Source of the DNA: Camelus ferus
Lineage: Eukaryota
DNA: 64,000 nucleotides
Direction of reading: 5' to 3'
Assembly: GCF_009834535.1 (NCBI RefSeq)
Contig: NC_045697.1
Span: 4,032,001 to 4,096,000, forward strand
The notes under the pieces were generated by a model. It worked only from the letters and a program-made list of their open reading frames with translations. It was not told where the DNA came from and made no database searches. The position numbers and the translations under genes are program-made. Shown in pieces: positions 1 through 13,323 of this stretch. Numbering within the stretch: the first letter of the stretch is position 1; the number at the start of each line of letters is the position of its first letter.

Positions 1-2679
1 GGGAGAAATCAGACCCAACTGGATTTGATTTCCAGCTCTGCAGCTGGGCAGCTGTGGGTCCAGGCAAGTCACTTCTCTGAACCCCGGTTTCCCTGCCTGT
101 GAACTCTGCAGTGGGGGTGGCCGGCCTCCAGGAAAGGCCACGGTCACCCCAGGAGGGCAGGGCCCAGCCGGGGCAGCTCCAAAGTCAGAAGCAGCGTCCT
201 CGTGGACCGAGTCCAGGTCGCTGCCCTGGCCTCCTGACGCCATCCCTGGCCCTGCTGAGCCCTCCTTCCGCCTGCCCTGCGCCCAGCCAGCCTGAAGGGC
301 TAAGTGTCATAACCCCTCACCCGTGCATGAACCCTCGCTGTTTATAGGGCGTTTCACATAAAAGACGCTGTCGTCATCCCCTTATACAAACAGCACTGTT
401 CAGCCGCTGCTGTGGGCAGGCCCCGTGCTGGGCCCGCGCAGGCCACAGGCCAGGAGAGACAGACGGACGCACAGCCGCAGCCAGCATCCTCCACTGAAGC
501 TCAAGGCAGGAGGGCTGGAGGTAGGGGAGGGGCCAGACAAGGAGGCGGTCTCTGGCGGGGCCGTGAGGGCCCGGCGGCCTGGGCTTCTGCCCCTCAGACC
601 ACTTCGCAAGTTTGCTGTTGGTTCTCAGGGCCCAGCGCAGGCCTGGGGTTGGGAGCGCCCAGCAAGTGTTCACAGAGTGAGTGAGTGAGTGAGTGAAACG
701 GGGTGGAGAGTGCTTGACCGTCTTCATGTCAGACTCAGAATTCTTCTCAGGGAGAAAACGCGGCCCTGGGAAGTGACTTAGTCGAAACTCTTAGGCTGGT
801 AGTGGAAGCGTCAGGGACTCTGTGGTGACTGAAGGGTGGACAGGCCCCCGGCTACCAGGCCCTCTTCTCACTCGGGAGGTGAGTGGGGCTCTCCACAGTC
901 TAGATGGCCCGAGGGCAGGGAAGGCCCGGCAGCCGGAGTCTTTACTGTGCCCTGTGGCCTCAGGCCGTCCATTGACCTCTGAGCCTCAGTCTTCCCATCC
1001 AAGAGATGGGGTGGTGACCGCAGTGTGCCCAGGGCATGCACAGGGCTGCGCGGGGCGGGGGGTGAGCAGACAACATGGCCATGCCTGGGTAGGTGTGGGT
1101 CTGGGCACCCCGCTCTCTAAGCCCTCATGCTTGCTGGGCAGGCCCCCGGGGGGAGTCCAGACCAGGCAGCTCCCTTTTCGTTCACGCTCCTGGGCACCCT
1201 GGTGCCAGACATGCCGGCTGCTGGCACCCCCTTTAATTGTCATGTCTGCACCTGGTGCAGCCTGTCCACCTGAATGCACTCATTCAGGCCTCATAAAACG
1301 GGTGACAATGAGCCATGTCAGACAGGAGGAGACACAGCTTCACAGAGGCCTCCGGACTCAACAGACTAAGCAGGCACCGGGAAGGAAGGCTGGGCTCCTG
1401 GGGGCAGCTGGGCGGTGCCCGCCAGAAAGCCTGGCAGGGCCTGGGCCAGCCCTTCCTCACAGGGGAGGTGAGTCAGAAAGACAGAGACAGAGAGACAGAG
1501 GGAGAGATGGGTAGACGGAGGCCCACAGACAGGGTCAGAGACTGAGCAAGAGAGAAGGGGTGCCCAGGATGGGGCGGGAGAGAGGCGGTGAGAGGAGGAG
1601 GGAGGGAGGGGAAGTCTTGTGAGAGGCAGCCTGGAGAGAGCAAGTCTGGCCCCCAGGGCTGGGCCGCCCTGCAGGGCACACAGAGTCTTGGGCCGGAGGT
1701 CCCCTACCGCCCACCAGCAGTCCCCTCCCTCGTCCCAGCAGTGGCCAACTCATCCACTCTCTCTCACTGCCCAGCAAACACACACGTGCCCACCGACACC
1801 CCTTCACGCATACGCAGCTCTCAAACACACACACATACTCACCACCACTGACCGACTCTCAGGCTCAGCCACATGCACACATGGTTGGCTCCCCAGGGGC
1901 TCCTGGTCTGCCCTGGAGGTGAGAGTAGACCAGGCACACAGGCCCATGCCTGGACCCTGTGCGCTGAGGCTGCCGGTGCCCCGGGTCCACAAACACCCCT
2001 GCAGCGCCTGGCGGGGTCCTGGAACCTCCTAGAACTTCGGCAGGGTGGGCTTTCCCCTGCTTCAGAGCCGATTCTGCCCGCCCCGCATTGACTGCACAAC
2101 TCAGAGGGCAGCTGGGGCCCCGCCCCTCACAGATCATGTACCAAAGATCTCTGTGGTGGGCGATTCGGCTGCTCCCCGCATTGGTCCTGGTGTGACACTC
2201 GGCTTCTGGTTCACGGTGAACACCAAAATCCAGTCCCAACAACATGGTGGACAGAGCAGGGTGCAGGGGACTGGGGGAGGGGCAGACAGAAGGGGCTTCC
2301 TAGGACAGCAGCACAGACATTGCCCAAGGGGCAGCACCCACCCCCCTTGCCCCCGCCGAAGATGTCCAGATGTGGACGGCAGCCTTCTGAGTGGGCAGCC
2401 GCCGTGGTCCGTGCTTCTGGCCCCACCCAAGTCCAGGGCAGACCTGAAGGGCTGGGCTGACCCCGCCCAGCAGCCCTCGACCAGTGACAGCTCAGACAAT
2501 GGATTTGCAACAGCTACAAAACCCACTGAGCAGCGGAGCAGAACAAGCTCATGGTTGGCATACAGTCCATGGAGCAGGTCCCCACGGCGGGCAACCCCAG
2601 GCCACGAGGGTCACAAATAACTCAAGCTTGTCATTTTAGTCCATTCACAAAGTCTTTTCTTACATTTACTTTTTAAAAC

Positions 2680-3430
2680 TATTTTTTGTTTAGATAGAAT
2701 TCACAGAACGTGAAATGTGTCATTTTACAGTACAGCATATAATTCAGTGTGTTTTGGTACATTCACAGTGTTGTGCAACCATCACCTCTATCTGATTCTG
2801 GAACATTCTCATCACCCTCAAAAGAAACTTTGTACACATCAGCAGTCACGCCCCACTCCTCCTGCCCCAGCCCCTGGCAACCACTGGTCTACTTTCTCTT
2901 CCTCTCGATTCGCCTGTTTTGGACGCTTCAGGTAAACGGAATCATGCACCGCGTGACCCTCTGTGTCCAGCTTCTTTCACTTGGCGTCCTGTCTTTGAGG
3001 TTCTTCCACCTCATCGTATGGGTCAGGACTTCATTCCTTTTCATGATGGGATAACATTCCATTGTGTGGTTACGCCACATTTTGTTTACCTGTTCATCTG
3101 GCGATGACTATTTGGGTTGTTTCAAACAAACCTTTTTTTTTCATTGAAGTACAGTTGATTTACAGCTTTGTGTTCGTTTCTGGTGTGCAGCACAGTGATT
3201 CAGTCATACACATAGATATTCCTTTCCATGTTCTTTTTCACTATAGGCCATTACAAGGTATTGAATATAGTTCCCTGTGCTCTATAGTAGGACCTTGCTG
3301 TTTATCTATTTTATATACATATATTTTATATTTCAGTATCTGCAAATCCTGAACTCCCAGTTTATCCCTTCCCACCCCCTCCCATCCCTGGTAACCATAA
3401 GTTTGTTTTCTATGTCTGTGACTCTGTCTC
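2680..3430 (-). mobile_element. LINE-1 3' fragments (old L1M-type plus younger lineage-specific 3' end)
   Basis: Typical L1 3' UTR text: tacattcacagtgttgtgcaaccatcacc; ttcattgaagtacagttgatttac...gaactcccagtttatcccttccc...gtaaccataagtttgttttctatgtctgtga. Confidence 0.8.
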
Positions 3431-4671
3431 TCAAACAAACTTTTGAGATATGTTGTTCTAAAACAATTCTGGAAACATCAATGTGCTGTTGAAAACTCTC
3501 CTTTCTTATTACTGTCCCTGTTCTGAGATTAAGACCTTCCTGTGTTTAAACGTTTAGTCCTTCCTATGCTTAAATGTTTTTTTCTTTTAGGAAACGATGG
3601 TGACTCTAGATGAAAGTCTTAAATGAAATGTCCCTGATGGGGAGAAACAGAGTTCGCAGCCCTAAAAGGACTCCCAAACCTTGTCTTCTCCCCTGACCCG
3701 GAAGCCATGGGGCTGACGAACTGGCAGATCCTGTTCAGCTGTGACATTATTGACAGCAGGGTGCCTTCCTGTTTCATTAGAGTTGCATGGCCACAGTGTT
3801 TTCAGGAATATGCATCTGGGTGGAGAAGGAGATTCCCAGCCTGTGGGGAAATAGACATTCCTTGTGTCCACTCTCCCCACCCTGGGGGCAGCTCTGTGCA
3901 GGGCCAGGCTGGGAAGGAGATGGGTGATTATAGCCACTGAGTCATGGAGATGGGGGGAGGTCAGGCCTGCTGGGTTCACCTGTGCACCTTGTTCCCTGCC
4001 CGGGATTTGCTGACTCAGAATAACAAGAAAGGATAGTTGTCAACTGCCACACTGTGGTTCCCAGATAAGCTTAGGTCTCAGGCCATCTGGAAATGGGCTT
4101 GGGGCAGGGTGGTGGGAAGGTGATAAGAAAGTGGCCCCATTGGATGTATTAACAATTACGTGCACAGAGAGTTGACTGTAACAGTGATATAATAAAGCAA
4201 ATCAAAAATTTTGAAAAAGGAAAAGAGAAAAAATTCACCTCTAATCTCACCCAACAGGAGCACAATTTTGCATTTTGATGAGCTTTCGATTTTCATGGGA
4301 GAAAAAAAAGATTAAGAAAAACTTTAAAAAATTATAACAGCTACACAGCCTCCTTGTGATAAAGATGTTAAAAGAGAAAGAAAGAAAAAGGCGGGGATGA
4401 AAAAGGAAAGGAAAATGGCTCCTTGTACCGGAATTTAAAGACAACACACCAAACATGTTGGTGTATTTCCTTCCAGTCTTTTAAAAAAGCCATTATATTT
4501 TTCATAACTATATCATACATAATATTGTAACCATTTTCTTACACAATTCCATAGTCTTTTCCACCTACAATCATGGATTGAATTTTTTTCAAGCTATTAA
4601 AAACTTTGAAAACATTTCAATGCCATGCACATTTTAAACATTTTATTTGTTTATTTACTTATTTATTTATT

Positions 4672-4780
4672 TTGATGGAGGGGGTAATTAGGTTTATTTA
4701 TTTATTTATTTTTAGAGGATTGAACCCAGGACCTTGTGATGCTAAGCATGCGCTCTGCCACTTGAGCTGTACACTCCCCC
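4672..4780 (-). mobile_element. tRNA-derived SINE, Vic-1-like (camelid)
   Basis: Reverse complement of GGGGGAGTGTACAGCTCAAGTGGCAGAGCGCATGCTTAGCAT...GGTCCTGGGTTCAATCC plus (TAAA)n CCTAATTACCCCC tail. Confidence 0.8.
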
Positions 4781-5129
4781 ACCTGTGCATCTTGATAGAG
4801 TTTAAACACACTGTGTGAGTACTTTTGTATCCTTTCCATACTTCACGCATAGCGTGGATACAGCCCTCATGGCTCACTGCTGTGTGGAAGCGCATCTACC
4901 GAGTGCATAATCATAATTCACTGAGCTGCTCTCCTCCTGATGGGCGGGTCTTTGCTACCACAGATGGTGTCTATTTTCATTTTGCATCCTTTCCCTGCAT
5001 TTCAAAAATATTTCTCAAAGGGTGATTTTAAAACATTTTATTCTGTGTGTTTTTCTGTATTTTCAAGTAGTCTTTTATAATGCTGTATTACTTTGGTAAT
5101 CAGGGACAAAATGTCATCTTTTAAAACTT

Positions 5130-7180
5130 TTTTTTATAGTAGTAAAACATGTTTGTGTTATGTAACATAAAGTTGATCATTTTAACCATTTTAAGTGTAC
5201 GATTCAGGGGCATTAAGTTGTGTACCATCACCATTATCTAGTTCCAGAACTTTTTTTCATCATCCCAAACAAAAACTCTGATCTGCTGAGAGTTTCCCAT
5301 TCCTCCCTGCCCCTCACTCCATGTAGCCTTTATTCTACTTTCTACCTCCATGAATTTGTCTATTCTAGGAACCTCATGTAAGTAGAATCATATTTGTTCT
5401 TTTGTGTCTGGCTTATTTCACTTAGCATGACGTTTTCAAGGTAGATCCATGTTGTAGCATGCGTCAGAAGTCCATTCCTTTTTACGGCTGAATAATACTC
5501 CATCATATGGACAGACCACGTTTTGTTTACCTATTCATTTAATGATGGATAGCTGGGCTGCTTCCATTTTTTGGCTGTTGTGAAAAATGCTGAACATGGG
5601 TGTACAAGTTATTTGTTTGGGTCTTGCTTTCAGCTCTTTTGGATACATACCTAGGAGTAGAATTGCTGAGTCATCTTGCAATTCTGTTTCCCTTTCTGAG
5701 GAACTGCCAAGCTGTTTTTCACAGCAGCTGCAGAACTAAATACCATAAAAAAAAAAACACATTTATCTTTAATACTGTTAAGATATCATACTACCCAAAG
5801 TGATCTACAGTTTCAGTGCAATTCACATAAAAGCCAAGCCATTTACAGCAGCCAAGACATGGAAGCAACCTAAATGCCAAACAACATTTATTGTAGAAAT
5901 AGAAAAATCCATCCTAAAATTGATATGGAATCTCAAGGGACCTCAAAGAGTGAAAACAATCTTGAAAAAGAACAAAGTTCTTTTGTTCTAACACCTCCTG
6001 ATTTAAAAACTTGCTAGAAAGCTACAGTTATCAAAGCAGTGTGGTAATGGCTTAAAGACAGATATGTAGACCGATGGAACAGAATCGAGAGCCCAGTAAT
6101 AGACCCTTTATTTGGCAGGGCCCCGGCTTCCTGGGAAGTCACTACCTGGAGAGCAGGGAGACCAGAAGGGCCCTCAGTCCCCAAAGTCCAGGCACTGAAG
6201 GTGAGAGAGACAAGGAGTCCTTTCTGAAGTCCCTTCCGGTCACTCACACTTCAGGTTTAAGCCGAGAGGAAGGCTGGTTTCTTGTGTTTGATGTCAAGAA
6301 AGTAACAGGTTAGTTTGGTGCAGCTGTTATGGAAAACAGTATGGAGATTCCTTAAAAAACTAAAAATAGACTTACTATCATAAGATCCAAAAGTCCCACT
6401 TCCTGGAAATATATCTGGAGGAAACTCTAATTCAAAAAGACACCTGCACCCCAGTGTTCATAGCAGCACTGTTCACAATATCCAGGACATGGAAGCACCT
6501 AAATGTCCATCAACAGATGATTGGATAAAGAAGATGAGGTGTATATATACAATGGAATACTACTCAGCCATAAAAAAGAACGAAATAATGCCATTTGCAG
6601 CAACATGGATGGATCTGAGATTGTCATAATAAGTGAAGTAAGTCAGATAGAGAAAGACAAATATCACATAATATCACTTATATGTGGAATATTAAAAAAG
6701 GACACAAGGCAGGAGGGTATAGCTCAGGGGTAGAGTGCCCACTTAGCATTCACAAGGTCCTGAGTTCAATCCCCAGTATCTACATTAAAATAAATATACC
6801 TAATTACCCCCCTCAAAAAGAAACAAAAATAATTTTAAAAAATAGAAGAAAAATGACCTAATAAAAAAGACACAAATCAACTTATTTACAAAACAGAAAC
6901 AGACTCACAGTCATAGAAAACAAACTTAGGGTTGCAAGTGGGGAAGGGGATGGGGAGGGATAAATTGGGAGCTTGGGATTTGCAGATACACACTACTATA
7001 CATAAAATAGATAAACAACAAGATCCTACTGCGCAGCACAGGGAACTGTATTCAATAACTTGTAATAACCTGTAATGAAAAAGGATAAGAAAAGGAACAT
7101 ATATCTGTACAACTGAATCACTGTGCTGCAAACTAGAAATTAACACGTTATAAACCGACTAAGCTTCAATTAAAAAAACC
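5130..7180. mobile_element. Cluster of LINE-1 fragments (minus-strand L1M 5130-5730; plus-strand ORF2 pieces 5775-6115; young plus-strand 3' end 6310-7180)
   Basis: Remnant ORF2 peptides ([27 protein letters not shown]) and the L1 3' UTR ending in an A tail near 7170. Confidence 0.8.
6708..6862 (+). mobile_element. tRNA-derived SINE, Vic-1-like, nested in an L1 3' end
   Basis: GGAGGGTATAGCTCAGGGGTAGAG...GGTCCTGAGTTCAATCCCCAG; flanking aaaaaa(g)gacacaa direct repeats (TSD). Confidence 0.85.
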
Positions 7181-8099
7181 CAGAAAGTAGCAGGTGGTTT
7201 TGGAGACGTGGCTTGGAATGGTTGGTCTGAGGAGGGGCAGGGTGGAAGCTACAGCAGCAGCAGCAGGAGGAGGAAGAGGTGTGATGAGACTAAGAGTAAC
7301 AGCACTGACCCTGACCGACTGGCGAAGGCCCCAATTCTCATCACTGTCTCTTGAGTCCCCGCCCCCAGCCTTCCGCAGGATCCCCCTCTGCAGAGAGGCC
7401 TCCCCGACCGTGTGGCCACATCCACCTCCTCCTCGTGGGTCCTCGGCTAGAATGAGGGGTCCACACGAGCAGTGCTCTGTCCCTGTTCTTTCTTCAGTGC
7501 CTACAGCAGTGCCCGGAGCACAGTAGGTGCTTAAGGAATATATACCTGAGGAATGAATGCGTCCTGTAAAGAAAGTTTACTTTTGACAATGTTTCAGAGA
7601 GGTTGTGGAACTTTTCCAAGACCACACAGCCAGAAAGAGGCAGGGCTGTGATTTGGGCGTCAGAACCTCAGAGCCCGCTGCTGGGGGAGGTGGTGTTTGC
7701 AGGTGCTTCTCTGTGTGGCCTGACAGGACAGGCACACGCATGGGCTCCCAGGAGCAGAGCCTGCGACTGGCAGATTCTGTGCTGTCCTTGTCCTTGTCCT
7801 AGAGGATGACCGTCCCCTCCTCTCTCCTGCTGAGGGTTTACTCCTCCAAGTCCTGGCTTAACAACACCTCCTCTAGGAAGGCTTCCCTGGGTTGTCCCAA
7901 TTCTCCTTCCGCCTCTAGACAATTCTTGTACAAGCTCCTACTGATTCACCTGTCACGGCCAATCACAGGTCCCCGGAAACACTCGGGGCAGGTGCGCCTG
8001 GACTTGAATCTGAATCTGCTGGTAGCTGTGGGACTCTGGGCTTATGACTTCACCCCTCTGAGCATGGCTCTCTCACTCGGACAGTGGAGACACTAACAC

Positions 8100-8468
8100 T
8101 GCCCTGCCAAGGCCACCATAGCAAAGGACCACAGACGGGGGCTTAACAGAAACTTACTTTCTTATGATTTTGGAGGGTGGGAGTCCAAGATCAAGGTAAG
8201 GGCAGGGCTGTTCTACAGCCTCTCTCCTTGGCTTGCAGGCGGCCCTCTTCTCCCTGTGTCTCTGTATCATCTTCTCTTTGTGTGTGTTTGGCTGCTAGTC
8301 TCCTCTGCTTATGAGGACACCAGTCCTACTGGATACAGGCCCACCCTAGTGACCTCATTCTAACTTGATCACCTCTTTAAAGACCCTCTTTCCAAATACA
8401 GTCACACTCTGACGCACAGCGGGTTAGGACTTCACCATATGCATTTGAGGGGAAGACAGTTCAGCCCT
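8100..8468 (-). mobile_element. MaLR LTR (MLT1-type)
   Basis: accatagcaaaggaccacagac...gagtccaagatcaaggt...cttatgaggacaccagtc...ttccaaatacagtcacactctga...gttaggacttca: standard MLT1 layout. Confidence 0.75.
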
Positions 8469-9149
8469 TGGCACTGCTCCTAACCAGACTCTTGAATTCA
8501 ATGCCTCTGACTAGGGGTTTCCCAGCCTCAGCTTGCACACTTCCAAGGACAGGGAGCTCTGTGCCTCCCAGGGTAATAAATGGTGAATGGTGACATCTAG
8601 CAAGTGGCTGCGATCTTTCTGAGCAGCCCCACGTGGAGGTTGCTCCCTTTGGCCATGGAGAAATGGAGAGGGTCATTCACAGTCTTGGACAATTCCAGGC
8701 AGGTCGGTTGCTCCCTGAGCAGTGAGAGAGCTTGCTTGTTTTGGAAGACAAATTCAAAGGCAGTTTCCTGTCAGTAGAGTGCTCTGTGGTTTGTTATCTG
8801 CCTTGCGCAGAAGTGCTTTGGGAACACCCAAACAGCTGGATGCCTTGTTTGCGCTGATAGAGGTCAAGTCTGCACCCAGAGGAGGTTATTAAAAAGCTGT
8901 CTTTGGAGGGGGGATGGTTTTGGGAGTGGCCACTGCAAAACTGAAAATTATTTTCTTCCCCACCCAGATGAGTTAGATTGTTCTTGTGACATCCTAGCCA
9001 GATGGCAAAAGGATGCCACTAGGGACATTTGAATAAAGTCTTACGTCATTCAGTTTGGCTTTAAAAATCCATCCTCAGAGCTCAGCAAATAAAGCAATTA
9101 TTATTATTATTTCACACTGATGTCATTCTATTTTTTCGTAAAAATTTTT

Positions 9150-9445
9150 TCACATTTCTATTTTATTTTTTGTAATTTCTCCATTTTCCTTTCTTATTTT
9201 GCTTATTTGTGCTCTCTCTTTTTTCTTCTTTGTGAGTTTGGCCAGAGGTTTGTTACTTTTATTTATCTTTCAAAAAACCAGCTTTTGGTTTGATTGATTT
9301 TTTTTCTATTTTTTTTTAATCTCTATTTTATTTATTTCCTCCCTGATCTTTATTATTTCCTTCCTTCTGCTGACTTTTGGGTTTTTTTGCTCTTCTTTTT
9401 CTAGTTCTTTTAGCTGGTGGGTTAGATTGTTTATCTGAGATTGTA
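9150..9445 (-). mobile_element. LINE-1 ORF2 fragment
   Basis: aaaaaaccagcttttggtttgattgatt...gatctttattatttccttccttctgctgac...tcttctttttctagttc, a typical antisense ORF2 stretch. Confidence 0.75.
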
Positions 9446-10322
9446 CACATTACAAACATTTTTTATATCATACGGCATAAAGAAGAAAACAAAAATTACC
9501 TTTAATTCCATTTCCCAGAAACAATCACTGTTAATATTTTGAAGCATTTCTTGTATTTCTCTGTCTCTCTCACTCTGCCCCACCCCTCACTAAAGAATAC
9601 AAAAATTTCTTAAAAAAAAAAAAGATTGCATTGTATCTTTTGTACCCACTAGATCTGACCTATAGAGCAGTGAATGAGACAGACAAGCGCCCACCCTCCT
9701 GGAGCTCAGTCTAGAGAGGGAGACAGAAAATGAATATATAAATGAACTTGCAGGCTGTTTCCAATTTTCTTCTGTTACAAACAATACTGCATTGAGCTTT
9801 CTTACAGCCAAGTGTCTGAACACACACATGCTGATTGCATTAGGGTAGCTTTCAAAAAGTGGAATTTATGAGACATGGTCCATTATTTAAAAACAGTAAT
9901 GATCATCTGGATGCACATTTATGTTAGTAGTATATTGGTGTTATCTGATTAATACTTCCTCTGTCTGCATTAGACAATTTTCAATTATAGACCCAGAGGT
10001 TCTCTGGATTAGAAGAGATTTTGCAACTATTCTGTCTAGGTTAGCCCCCTATTCCTCTCCCGATGTAGCTAACATACCCCCAGGGACAGAGAGCTCATTC
10101 CTTCCTCAGGCAATTCATCCCGTCTCTGCATGGTTCTGCCCTGGGACATGTCCCCCTATACTGAAATGAAATTGGTCCTCCTGGGCTTCCACTGACCCTG
10201 GTCTTTGAGACCTTGCAGAGCAAATCCAGGCCTCATCTTTGTACCAGCTCTGCTGAGCCCAAGGCTAGCTCCCTGTCCCCTCAGAGGGATGGTCTTTGGG
10301 TTTTAAAAAAATTAATTTATTT

Positions 10323-10435
10323 GGGGGAGGGTATAGCTCAGTGGTAGAGCTGCTAGTTAGCATGCATGAGGTCCTGGGTTCCATCCCCAGTACATTAACA
10401 AATAAATAAAAATAAACATAGTTACCTACCTCACA
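10323..10435 (+). mobile_element. tRNA-derived SINE, Vic-1-like
   Basis: GGGGGAGGGTATAGCTCAGTGGTAGAGC...CATGAGGTCCTGGGTTCCATCCCCAG; aaattaatt(t/c)attt flanking repeats. Confidence 0.85.
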
Positions 10436-10454
10436 AATTAATTCATTTATTTTT

Positions 10455-11495
10455 ATTTATGTTTAGTTGAAGTATAGTTAATTTACAACGTTGTGTTAGT
10501 TTCAAGTGTACAGCAAAGTGATTCAGTTTTATATATATGTATATATATGCTTTTTCAGATTCTTTTCCATTATAGGTTATTACAAAATATTGATAGCAGT
10601 CCTCTGTGCTCTACAATAGGTCCTTGTTGTTTATCTATTTTATACATAGTAATGTGTGTCTGTTAATCCCAAACTCCTAATTTATCCCTCTCCACCCTTT
10701 CCCCTTTAGTAACCATAAATTTGCTTTCTATGTGTGAGTCTATTTCTGTTTTGTAAATAAGCTCATTTGTATCATTTTTTTAGAATCCACATAAAAGTGA
10801 TTCATATGATATTTATCTTTGTCTGATTTACTTAATATAATCATCTCTAGGTCCATCTATATTGCTGCAAATGGCATTATTTCGTTCTTTTTTTATAACT
10901 AAGTAGTATTCCGTTGTGTACATAGACACCACATCTTCTTTATTCAATCATGCTTTTTTTTTCTTTGTAGATTTATTTAGAGAGATACATACTGTATAGA
11001 GTGAAGGCTGTTTCAGAAGGCAAGAGAAAAGCCACAAGATGTGGGGGTTGGGTGCTCAGGTTAAAGTAAAAGTAGGTATACACTCCATAGGCAGTGTGTG
11101 GGCCGTCTCTGAAGAGGAGGGAGCGAGATATCTGTGTATTATGGAAATCAAACCCTTGTCGGTCACATCATTTCCAAACATTTTCTCCCAGTCTATAGGT
11201 TGTCTTTTCGTCTTGTTTATAGTTTCTTTTGCTGTGCAAAAGTTTAGAAGTTTGATTCGGTCCCATTTGTTTATTTTTGCTTTAATTTCTTTTGCCTTGG
11301 TAGACTGACCTAGGAAGACATTTCTATGATTTATGTCACAGAATGTTTTGCCTATGTTTTCATCTAGGAGATTGATGGTGTCTTGTCTTATGTTTAAGTC
11401 TTTAAGCCCTTTTGAGTTTATTTTTGTGTATGGTGTGAGTGAATGTTCTAACCTTACTAGTTTGCACGCGGCTGTCCAGCTTTCCCAACACCCCT
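10455..11495 (-). mobile_element. LINE-1 3' end and ORF2 C-terminal fragment, interrupted by about 175 bp of non-L1 sequence
   Basis: ORF 11056-11517 contains LTPYTKINSK...KINKWDRIKLLNFCTAKETINKTKRQPIDWEK (L1 ORF2); L1 3' UTR at 10455-10950. Confidence 0.85.
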
Positions 11496-11789
11496 TGCAG
11501 AGGGTTGGCTTTTGCATGGATTGCTCACACAGCTCCCGCCCCTGCTGAATGACATTTCCTTTCCAGAGGATTGCCTCACCTCCTCCAGGTAGCCTTCCCT
11601 GACTAGCTCTCCCCTAGGAGCCCCTGTCTCAGTCCTTGATCCATAAAAGCACCAGCCTCTTTTCCTGCCGGTTTTCTTTGCTCATGGCTTTAGGTCCTTC
11701 TGTCCATCCACTGGCCCCACGACTACCCCAGAAAGGCTTAGACGTGAGTGGGGAAGATCAGATGATTAAAGATAGACATATCAGACAGA

Positions 11790-11908
11790 GGTGAGTGGAT
11801 ATAGTTCAAGTGGTAGAGCGCATGCTTAACATGCACCAGGTCCTGGGTTCAATCCCTGGTACCTCCACTAAAAATAAATAAATAAAATAAGTTACCCCCC
11901 CCCACAAT
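11790..11908 (+). mobile_element. tRNA-derived SINE, Vic-1-like
   Basis: TATAGTTCAAGTGGTAGAGCGCATGCTTAAC...GGTCCTGGGTTCAATCCCTGGTACCTCC, (TAAA)n tail; aaa(g/c)atagacatat flanking repeats. Confidence 0.85.
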
Positions 11909-13212
11909 AAAAACATAGACATATAAGTCAAAGGTTCCTGCCCGTGTGCCCTGATCTCATTAACAAAGTCATTGATCCGTTGAATCATGGCCTCGCTGAT
12001 TCATAGCTCGATTTCTCAAGAGGGTAGTTGATTTGTTTACTCAATTGTTCTTCTAGCAAATCTTGACTGTGGCCTTCTCCAGCCAGGCCCTGTGCTGGGC
12101 TTTGGGGAATGCGCATGAACAAGACAGACAGCTCTTTGACCTGTGAAGCTGACCCTCTATTGAGGGACAAGACAAATGCTCAATACATGGGGAAAAATCA
12201 AACAGGGCCGTGAGACACGCTGGGGTCAGTGGTGGCAGATCCTAGTCCAAGGAGTAACTGCTTAAGCTCAGGCTTGAAGGACAGGGGGAGGCAGCCCCAC
12301 AGACAGCAGAGGAACAGCCGTGCAAAGGCCCTGTGCCTGAGCGGGCTTGTGTGTTCCAGGCTCAGCAGGAAGCCTGCTTTCCAGCGGGCTGACCAGCGGC
12401 CCTGCCTGATGAACACGTGTTTTGCCCGTAACAAATCACCCCCTAATTTGAAGGGGTTGCCAGCGAGGAGGTGCCCTGTCTCTGGCCACACACAGCGCGT
12501 GTGTCTTCCTGGAAACCAGCAGAGGCAGCCCTCCCCCCAGCTGGCACAGCTCCTCCCTGAGAAGCCGGAGGAGCAGGCGGCGGAGTGGAGGGGAGAACAG
12601 GGCCGCATTGTGAGCGCCCCACAGGACGCTGCAGGGACAGAAGGCCTGAGTGTGTCCAGGGTGGGCAGGCGGGAGCTCGGAATTGCTCACTGGGCCTTCA
12701 GTCTCCAGGCCAAGCGAGCGGCCAGGAAGAAACAGGTCTTTATTACGGGGAGGCCCGGCACGGCCTGAAACGGAGGACACGCTGGGCTTTCCATCTGCAA
12801 CCTTCCCAAGGCTTCTTGAGGGGTGGGGGCTGGACCCAGAGCCACAGGCATATATAGATATAGTGAGTCAACATTTATAGTCCACCCCCAGCCCCCACAC
12901 GCCCTCCCATCTCCCTTCCCTCCTCCTTCTGCACCGCATAGGACAGAGAAGAAATGTTAAATTCTTACATGAAAGATGCTGTCCGGTGAATAACACCAGC
13001 CACACGAGGACCTCTGTACTCCTGGGCCAACGGCCCCTCAACAATCCCATGAATCAGGTACCCTTAGTAACCCCACTCTGCAGATGAGGAAACTGAGGGT
13101 CAGAGTGTCAGTAACTTGGCCAGGTTTACAGCTGGTAAATAATGGAATGGAATGGAACCAGGAATGGAACCCAGGTCTGTCTGAGCCCCGTGCCTGTGTT
13201 TCACCACCATGG

Positions 13213-13276
13213 TGTGTGTACATGTGTGTGTGTGTGTGACACAGAGAGAGAGAGAGATAGAGATAGAGAGACAGAA

Positions 13277-13319
<43 letters not shown>
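13213..13319. repeat. (TG)n/(GA)n compound microsatellite next to a MIR fragment (13040-13190)
   Basis: Direct reading; the MIR core cagatgaggaaactgagg...taacttggccaggtttacagctggtaaat precedes it. Confidence 0.9.

Positions 13320-13323
<4 letters not shown>

Noticed and set aside
99..2620. Many long ORFs in the GC-rich first 2.6 kb (up to 230 aa)
   Set aside because: No recognisable domains or consistent exon structure; lengths are explicable by GC content and simple repeats.
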